Shown here: one piece after another, positions 56,016 to 61,846 of the stretch
How positions within the stretch are numbered: the stretch's first letter is position 1
Layout of the letters: every line of letters begins with the position of its first letter
Origin: a virus
Taxonomy: Duplodnaviria; Caudoviricetes
IMG/VR virus record: IMGVR_UViG_3300030329_003801
Coordinates: 1-61,846 of that record
Length of the DNA: 61,846 nucleotides
Strand: one strand, 5' to 3'
Notes under the pieces: model-generated
Told to the model about the DNA's origin: nothing
The model's database searches: none
What the model saw: the letters and a program-made list of their open reading frames with translations, nothing else
Translations under genes and position numbers: made by a program

Positions 56016-56981
56016 ATGCATGTAGTACACGATATAGAGGGTAAAGGCAAAAAACCTCAACGTGTAGTTGATGACGGAAAGGAAGAAAAACTAGAGCCGT
56101 TAAAGGCAGAAGTTCTAGAAGATCTAGACGAACAAAAAAATCTTCCAAAAAACGAAAATCAACAACACGAAAATATTTCTGAAATAGAATCGCAAGAGGA
56201 AGAAGAAGAAATAATTGCCCAATCTGACAGCGAAGAGGATGATATTCCTCAAACTGAAAGGAAGAAAAAGAAGAAAACATATCAAGATCGTATCAATGAG
56301 CTTGTTAAAAGAGCAAATGATGCTGAACGAGAAAGAAATAAGTTGTATACTGTTAATCAGTCTTTGACTGATGAAATGCAGAAAATGCAACCTGATTTTC
56401 AAAAAGCTCGTGAGGATTTGTATGAATCCAAGAAAAAATCAGCAGAAGATGCTTTATCAGTAGCTCGTTCTGATCATAAGACTGCTTATGAAAGTGGTGA
56501 TTCAGATAAACTTCTCGAAGTTTCTGAAAAAATTGCTGATTTAAAGTATGAACTTAAAAATCTTGAGTCTTCTTCTAATAAACCGATTAAACAAAGCGTA
56601 AGTGAAAAAACAAGTGATGCGGTATCGAACACACCAAAACCACAAGTTGATCCGAAGGCTTTGAGGTGGTCACAAGAAAATACTTGGTTCGGAAAAGATG
56701 TAGCCATGACGGGTGCAGCTTATGGTATTGATAACCAGTTGAAGAACGAAGGATATGATCCTACCTCAGATGCTTATTATGCTGAGATTGATCGCAGAAT
56801 GAGAGATGCTTTTCCTAGCAATTTTGCAGAGGATGAGCCAAGACAAGTTGTAGCTGGTGTAAACCGAGCAACTCGTTCATCCACATCTAAGAGAGTTCGT
56901 CTTTCTGAAGGTCAAATCGCAATGGCCAAAAGATTAGGTGTGCCAAACAATGAATATGCGAAGTTTGTAAAGGAGCAATAA
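56016..56981 (+). CDS. Capsid scaffolding protein
   Basis: Acidic coiled coil; DPKA..W..EN.WFG.D..MT; VRLS..Q..MAKRLGVP..EYAK. Confidence 0.7.
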   Translation: MHVVHDIEGKGKKPQRVVDDGKEEKLEPLKAEVLEDLDEQKNLPKNENQQHENISEIESQEEEEEIIAQSDSEEDDIPQTERKKKKKTYQDRINELVKRANDAERERNKLYTVNQSLTDEMQKMQPDFQKAREDLYESKKKSAEDALSVARSDHKTAYESGDSDKLLEVSEKIADLKYELKNLESSSNKPIKQSVSEKTSDAVSNTPKPQVDPKALRWSQENTWFGKDVAMTGAAYGIDNQLKNEGYDPTSDAYYAEIDRRMRDAFPSNFAEDEPRQVVAGVNRATRSSTSKRVRLSEGQIAMAKRLGVPNNEYAKFVKEQ

Positions 56982-56982
56982 A

Positions 56983-57444
56983 ATGGTTGCAAAAAAAACT
57001 AAACAAACATCTCGTTCCCATACGGAACGCAAAAAAACTTATGTACCTCCTAGTAGTCTGGATGCACCTAAACCCCACTCTGATGATGTTAAATACAGAT
57101 GGATAAGGGTTCAAGCCGCTGGAGAGGACGATCCACGAAACATAGCTAAACGGAGACGTGAAGGTTATGAATTTGTTCGTGCTGAAGAGCATCCAGATGA
57201 AACCTATGCCGTACATGAAAGCGGAAAATTTGCTGGAGTTATTGGTAGTGGTGATGTCGTTTTAGCTAAGATTCCTAAAGACCTCGTTGATTCAAGAAAT
57301 GAATGGGTAAATACTCGTACAAAAAATCAGCAAAGGGCTGTAGATGAAAATCTTTTAAGAGAACAACATCCTTCAATGCCTATAAACCAACAAAGATCTT
57401 CCGATGTATCACATGGGCGTAAAAGCCCTCAGTTTGATGAATAG
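56983..57444 (+). CDS. Conserved head-module protein
   Basis: PPSSLDAP..YRWIR..D..N...R.EGYE.V..G..G.VLAKIP. Confidence 0.7.
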   Translation: MVAKKTKQTSRSHTERKKTYVPPSSLDAPKPHSDDVKYRWIRVQAAGEDDPRNIAKRRREGYEFVRAEEHPDETYAVHESGKFAGVIGSGDVVLAKIPKDLVDSRNEWVNTRTKNQQRAVDENLLREQHPSMPINQQRSSDVSHGRKSPQFDE

Positions 57445-57497
57445 CATGAGGCTACTTTCATAATACGGTTAAATTTTATCCTAAATAGGAGAATTAA

Positions 57498-58085
57498 ATG
57501 GCAAATGTTGACGCACCTAATGGTGCTAAACCGGTACGTCATTTGACAGGTGGACAAATCAGAGCTAGAGAATGGAAAATAGCTTCTGGTAGTTCAACTA
57601 GTATTTTCACTGGAGATTTCGTTAAGTTACTTAGCACTGGTTACATTGATGTAGCTGCTGCTGGTAATAGACTTCTTGGTGTTTTTGCTGGTTGTAAGTA
57701 CACTGCATCAGATGGCACACCAAAATTCGCAAAATATTGGCCTGCTAGTACTGCTACCTTGGGATCTGCTGATGTAACAGCTTACGTCTACGATGATCCG
57801 CAAATTATTTTTGCGATTCAAGGAGACGGAACTGATGCATTCACACAAGTAGGAAACCTTGCTAATATCTTAGCTACTGCTGGATCAACCACTACTGGTC
57901 AATCCAAAATGGAGCTTGACACAAGTGATATTGGTACTGGGCCTGCTAACCTTAGAATTCTTGGTATCACTGATGATCCAAAAAATTCTTGGGGTGCGAA
58001 CACTGAACAGGAAGTCGTAATCGTTGAACACGAGTTAAACGTACACACTGTTCGTGGCGATGCAGATGGAACTCCGGGAGTATAA
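57498..58085 (+). CDS. Head decoration / minor capsid protein
   Basis: AGGAG RBS; IFTGD.V..GVF.GC.Y..VYDDP; directly before MCP. Confidence 0.65.
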   Translation: MANVDAPNGAKPVRHLTGGQIRAREWKIASGSSTSIFTGDFVKLLSTGYIDVAAAGNRLLGVFAGCKYTASDGTPKFAKYWPASTATLGSADVTAYVYDDPQIIFAIQGDGTDAFTQVGNLANILATAGSTTTGQSKMELDTSDIGTGPANLRILGITDDPKNSWGANTEQEVVIVEHELNVHTVRGDADGTPGV

Positions 58086-58088
58086 TAT

Positions 58089-59000
58089 ATGGCTATATCA
58101 CGTTCACAACTGGCAAAAGAGCTAGAACCGGGATTACACGCCCTTTTTGGCTTAGAATACAGTCGTTGGGAACAAGAACACGCACAAATCTTTCAATCAG
58201 AGAATTCTTCAAGAGCTTTTGAAGAAGAAACTTTGCTTACTGGGTTTAAAGGTGCAGTTGCAAAAGCAGAAGGAAGTGCTGTAAGTTATGACACTTCATC
58301 TGAACTATGGACTGCTCGTTATACTCACGATACTATCGCATTGGCGTTTTCAATCACTGAAGAAGCGGTTGAAGATAATCTTTACGATACGCTATCAAAA
58401 AGATATACTGCGGCTCTTGCTCGTTCAATGGCTTATACTAAGCAGGTTAAAGGTGCTAATGTCCTTAATAATGGATTCAGTTCAAGTTATCCGGGTGGCG
58501 ATGCGAAAGCATTACTTACTACTGATCACCCTTCACTTGAAGCTGGAGATTTAGCTAACGAACCATCAACTGCGGCTGATTTATCTGAATCATCCCTAGA
58601 AGCTGCTTGTATTGCTATAGGCGGTTTTGTTGATGACAGAAATATTCCTGCGGCAGTTCAACCTAGAAAATTGGTTATTCCAAAAGATTCTGCTTTTATA
58701 GCACAAAGAATCTTGAAAAGTGACCTTAGAGTTGGTACTGCTGACAATGATATCAATGCATTAAGATCAATGAATATATTCCCAGAAGGTTATACTGTGA
58801 ATCACTATTTAACTGATACTGATGCTTGGTTCATTCTCACAGATCTTATTGGTTCTGGACTTAAAATGTTCCAGAGAAGACCATTAAAGACTGCAATGGA
58901 ACCTGACTTTGAAACAGGAAATATGCGTTTCAAGGCTTCTGAAAGATATTCTTTCGGATGGTCTGACTGGAGAGCTGTTTACGGCTCACCGGGTGCGTAA
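58089..59000 (+). CDS. Major capsid protein (HK97 fold, Mu gpT-like)
   Basis: MAISRSQLAKELEPGL.ALFGLEY, S.RAFEEE, RYTH.TIAL.FSITEEA.EDNLY, ERYSFGWSDWR..YGSPGA. Confidence 0.9.
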   Translation: MAISRSQLAKELEPGLHALFGLEYSRWEQEHAQIFQSENSSRAFEEETLLTGFKGAVAKAEGSAVSYDTSSELWTARYTHDTIALAFSITEEAVEDNLYDTLSKRYTAALARSMAYTKQVKGANVLNNGFSSSYPGGDAKALLTTDHPSLEAGDLANEPSTAADLSESSLEAACIAIGGFVDDRNIPAAVQPRKLVIPKDSAFIAQRILKSDLRVGTADNDINALRSMNIFPEGYTVNHYLTDTDAWFILTDLIGSGLKMFQRRPLKTAMEPDFETGNMRFKASERYSFGWSDWRAVYGSPGA

Positions 59001-59010
59001 TAAAGTACGA

Positions 59011-59039
59011 ATAGGAGGGGGAAATTTTCCCCCTCTTAT
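59011..59039 (+). terminator. Hairpin/terminator after capsid gene
   Basis: ATAGGAGGGGGAA-loop-TTCCCCCTCTTAT; weak U-tract. Confidence 0.6.
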
Positions 59040-59046
59040 CTTAATA

Positions 59047-59118
59047 CTAGGATTAATCAATTATACCAACTGACCTAGCAGACAATCGTAGAAGCGATGG
59101 TATAATTTAACTACGGAG
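59047..59118 (+). ncRNA. Candidate double-pseudoknot cis-regulatory RNA
   Basis: CTAGG/CCTAG, AATTATACCA/TGGTATAATT, CTG/CAG, CGTAG/CTACG interleaved; last strand touches the GGAG SD. Confidence 0.6.
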
Positions 59119-59125
59119 AATTAAA

Positions 59126-59743
59126 ATGGCTAATACAACTTTTAGTGGTGCAGTCAGATCAGAAGCTGGTTTTAAAGTAATTAACAAAGCCGCTACTACT
59201 GGTGCAATCACAGAAACAGGAGTTAGCATTAACTCAACTGGACAACTAGTTTCATTAGGAAATAGAAAAATACAAACTTTTGCAGGAACTCTAGCATCAA
59301 CAAATGCTGCAACTACAGCATACGGTGATGGTGATGTTCTTGTGGAATTGGGAACTCTGAATACAGACCACCCAGACGATTTAGTAACAGCTACTCAATT
59401 TTTTATTCATAAAGCATTGATTGGTATTACAACTGTTTCAGGCCCAACTCTTGTTGGCGGTTTATCTTTAAGTGCTACAAGTGGTACAGCAACTAACTCT
59501 GCTGTTTCATCTGGAACAGAAATTGTTGGAGCAGGTGTTGCATCTTTTAACCCAAGAATCTCAGCAACAGATTCAGTAACTGAAATTGATATTGATTTTG
59601 ATGCAGCAGGATGTCATATATTTCATCCAAATATTAAATGTGCTATTGCAAGCAAATACTTATATGCGTTTGCTACTACAGCAGTTAATGCTGATGCAAC
59701 GGCAGGTAGATTTACGGTAGAACTGGAATATTCAGTATATTAA
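59126..59743 (+). CDS. Virion structural protein
   Basis: MANTTFSG.VRS..GF N-terminus; beta-rich; ends G.FTVELEY. Confidence 0.7.
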   Translation: MANTTFSGAVRSEAGFKVINKAATTGAITETGVSINSTGQLVSLGNRKIQTFAGTLASTNAATTAYGDGDVLVELGTLNTDHPDDLVTATQFFIHKALIGITTVSGPTLVGGLSLSATSGTATNSAVSSGTEIVGAGVASFNPRISATDSVTEIDIDFDAAGCHIFHPNIKCAIASKYLYAFATTAVNADATAGRFTVELEYSVY

Positions 59744-59750
59744 CAACAAC

Positions 59751-59780
59751 GGCTAGGGTGTAACAGCCCTAGCTTTTTTT
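59751..59780 (+). terminator. Intrinsic terminator
   Basis: GCTAGGGT-GTAACA-GCCCTAGC then T7. Confidence 0.8.
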
Positions 59781-59792
59781 ATAGGAGGAAAA

Positions 59793-60215
59793 ATGGCAGA
59801 CGCAGTTACAAGTCAAACAATATTTGACGCTGTTGGATCGAAACACGCCATAATGAAATTTACTAACATTTCTGATGGTACTGGTGAAAGTTCGGTTGAA
59901 AAAGTTGATGTTGCATCTTTAGCAAAAGGAAGAGATGGAACATCTTGTTCAAAAGTTGACATAGAAAAAATATGGTATGATATCGGTGGAATGAGAGTAG
60001 CTTTAGAATGGAATGCATCAAGTAATGTTGTAGCATTAGTTCTAGGTGGCAGTGCAGCAGCAGGGAATGTTTCAGGACACTTAAACTTTTCAGAATTTGG
60101 TGGAATTAAAAACACTGAAGCATCTGGATACGATGGTGATATTGACTTAACAACTCATGGACATACTAACCACGATCATTATACAATTATAATGAAATTA
60201 AAGAAAACATACTAG
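59793..60215 (+). CDS. Virion structural protein
   Basis: MADAVTSQTI.D..KFTNISDGTGES.V.KVDV..FGG..N..GDI..TT; AGGAGG RBS. Confidence 0.75.
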   Translation: MADAVTSQTIFDAVGSKHAIMKFTNISDGTGESSVEKVDVASLAKGRDGTSCSKVDIEKIWYDIGGMRVALEWNASSNVVALVLGGSAAAGNVSGHLNFSEFGGIKNTEASGYDGDIDLTTHGHTNHDHYTIIMKLKKTY

Positions 60216-60223
60216 GATAAAAT

Positions 60224-60904
60224 ATGGCTGTTTCAGGAACTACATCTTGGACTTTGCAAGTTGATGAAATAATCGATGAGGCATTAGAACGTATTGGTGG
60301 TAATCCACAAACGGGAAATGAACAAAAAAGTGCAAGAAGATCTTTAAATTTAATTTGTAAAGATTGGATTAACAGGGGTATTCTGTTATGGGCTGTAGAA
60401 GAAAAATCACAGACTTTAACGAGTGGAACAGCAAGTTATACTTTAGATAGTGATACTATTGATATTCTTGATGCTGTTGTAAGAGAAACAGACGGATCAG
60501 ACACAACAGATCAATCAATAGTAAGAATTAGTCGTGAAGATTATTTGGAAGTTCCTAATAAAACAGATAAAGCAAAACCATCTCAATGGTTTTTAGATAG
60601 ACAAAGAGATGCTCCTGTTTTATATTTGTATCCTACTCCTGATGATTCAACCGATGCTTTTGTTTATAGAAGAAGAAGAAAAATTCAGGATATAGATGCT
60701 TCTTATCAAGATGTAGATGTACCAGATAGATATTTTCCTGCTTTGATTAGCGGATTATCTTATTATATGAGTCAAAAAAGACCACAAATTGATGTTAATA
60801 GAAGACAAGAATTAAAACTTCAATATGAGGAAGAATTTGAAAGAGCAATAACAGAAGATAGGGAGAGAGTAGATGTCAGAATTATACCAGAATTTGGATA
60901 CTAA
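60224..60904 (+). CDS. Head-tail adaptor (P22 gp4 / tubular protein A-like)
   Basis: II.EA.ER.G..ARRSLN....W.NRG..LW..P.K....P..LYLYPTPD..LK..YEEEF.RA. Confidence 0.7.
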   Translation: MAVSGTTSWTLQVDEIIDEALERIGGNPQTGNEQKSARRSLNLICKDWINRGILLWAVEEKSQTLTSGTASYTLDSDTIDILDAVVRETDGSDTTDQSIVRISREDYLEVPNKTDKAKPSQWFLDRQRDAPVLYLYPTPDDSTDAFVYRRRRKIQDIDASYQDVDVPDRYFPALISGLSYYMSQKRPQIDVNRRQELKLQYEEEFERAITEDRERVDVRIIPEFGY

Positions 60905-61052
60905 TATTTGTAAAATATGTGGTCATTCTTGTCATTGTAGTGATGAAGAATCATGTTGCGGTGAACAATGTGAGTGTAAAAATTGTGATTGTAAAAAAGA
61001 AGAAAAAAAAACAATTGAATTTGAACCAGATTTTAATATAACGGTACATTAA
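60873..61052 (+). CDS. Cys-rich metallothionein-like protein (59 aa)
   Basis: GGGAG RBS; CKICGHSCHCSDEESCCGEQCECKNCDC has 10 Cys and 2 His in 28 residues. Confidence 0.6.
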   Translation: MSELYQNLDTNICKICGHSCHCSDEESCCGEQCECKNCDCKKEEKKTIEFEPDFNITVH

Positions 61053-61053
61053 T

Positions 61054-61437
61054 ATGGGTTATGCAAGAGGAAAATATGCTATGGCTATTTCAGATAGAAG
61101 TGGTATGGCTTTTCCATATACAGAAATGGTTAAGGAATGGAATGGATCATTTGTTCATCAATCAGAATTTGAAACAAAGCATCCTCAATTAGACCCAAAA
61201 AAACATGTTGCAGATAATGAAGCATTAAAAAATGCAAGACCAGAAGTAACTGAATATCCTTCTGCACAAATTCAAAATGGATATATTAATAATTTACATA
61301 AAACATTAGGTCATACAACTAAAACATTTGAGGGAACTTTTGGACAAGGATCAGCACAAGATGATAATGCATCACCATTGGCAACAGCTTTAACAATATC
61401 AGCAAATCTAGGATCAGAATCTGTCTCAACCTCATAG
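61054..61437 (+). CDS. Conserved phage protein
   Basis: YARGKYA.AISDRSG.AFPY.EMVKEWNG..VH.SEFE.KHPQL..D.EAL..ARP. Confidence 0.75.
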   Translation: MGYARGKYAMAISDRSGMAFPYTEMVKEWNGSFVHQSEFETKHPQLDPKKHVADNEALKNARPEVTEYPSAQIQNGYINNLHKTLGHTTKTFEGTFGQGSAQDDNASPLATALTISANLGSESVSTS

Positions 61438-61846
61438 TATAAATTTATTTGTAGGAACACCAGCTTATGGTGGATGGTTATGTGAAGATTACTTCCATTC
61501 CATGTTAGAATTGCAAACTTTTTGTAGACAAGAAGAAATTCCAGTTCGTATACAAACATTAGGAATGGAATCTTTAGTTACAAGAGCAAGAAATACTTTA
61601 GTAGCAAATTTTTTAGATGATGAAAAAGCTACTCATTTATTGTTTGTTGATGCTGATATAGGATTTAATCCTCAAATTGTCAAAAGAATGTTAGATTTTA
61701 ATCATGAGGTAGTTTGTGCACCATATCCAATGAAATTAATTAATTGGAGTGCTATCCCACAGCTAGTTAAAGACGATTTAGACTACAAAACATTAAGTTT
61801 ACCTTATGTGTTAAATTTTGAAGACAAAGATAACGTAGAAGTTAAA
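61421..61846 (+). CDS. GT-A fold glycosyltransferase-like protein (3' truncated; non-AUG start)
   Basis: LFVGTPAYGG..ESLVTRARN.LV..FL..THLLFVDADI.F..YP.K, DxD motif; open to window end. Confidence 0.75.
   Translation, partial: MSQPHSINLFVGTPAYGGWLCEDYFHSMLELQTFCRQEEIPVRIQTLGMESLVTRARNTLVANFLDDEKATHLLFVDADIGFNPQIVKRMLDFNHEVVCAPYPMKLINWSAIPQLVKDDLDYKTLSLPYVLNFEDKDNVEVK

Noticed and set aside
1-61846. Alternative genetic code or stop-codon recoding
   Set aside because: Standard code gives dense, full-length genes, and TAA, TAG and TGA all end genes

Overview
An AT-rich tailed dsDNA phage segment, probably most of a circularly permuted genome. The gene set resembles marine uncultured podovirus-like phages. 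An alphaproteobacterial host (SAR11/SAR116-like) is inferred from base composition, promoter shape and a ROSE thermometer; this is not proven. Layout: tail fibres with S74 chaperone domains (1-3.5 kb); signal-peptide/membrane protein cluster (3.7-8.1 kb); tail and ejection genes including a 4823-aa polyvalent protein with ParB-like, DdrB-like ParB and Strawberry-notch SF2 helicase domains (8.1-29.9 kb); lysis/accessory genes (29.9-35.6 kb); leftward recombination operon with ERF, PD-(D/E)XK nuclease and DUF968 (35.9-40.3 kb); DUF1376-type replication initiator with iterons (40.8-42.2 kb); leftward early small-gene region (42.4-49.9 kb); TerS, Hsp20, TerL, portal, GroES, scaffold, capsid and head completion genes (49.9-61.8 kb). 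No integrase, DNA polymerase, tRNA or CRISPR array was recognised. The strongest signals are: (i) the giant gene, with ~200-codon cassettes bounded by identical 20-22 nt repeats and a 146-aa gene with its own GGAGG nested in the +1 frame between its two enzymatic domains; (ii) apparent avoidance of CCWGG and GGWCC; (iii) several structured non-coding RNAs, including a double pseudoknot after the capsid gene, a 188-nt leader on the replication gene, a promoter-terminator sRNA and a ROSE thermometer; (iv) a five-copy palindrome that doubles as divergent -35 boxes; (v) a metallothionein-like small gene. All family calls come from motif recognition by eye, not database searches.
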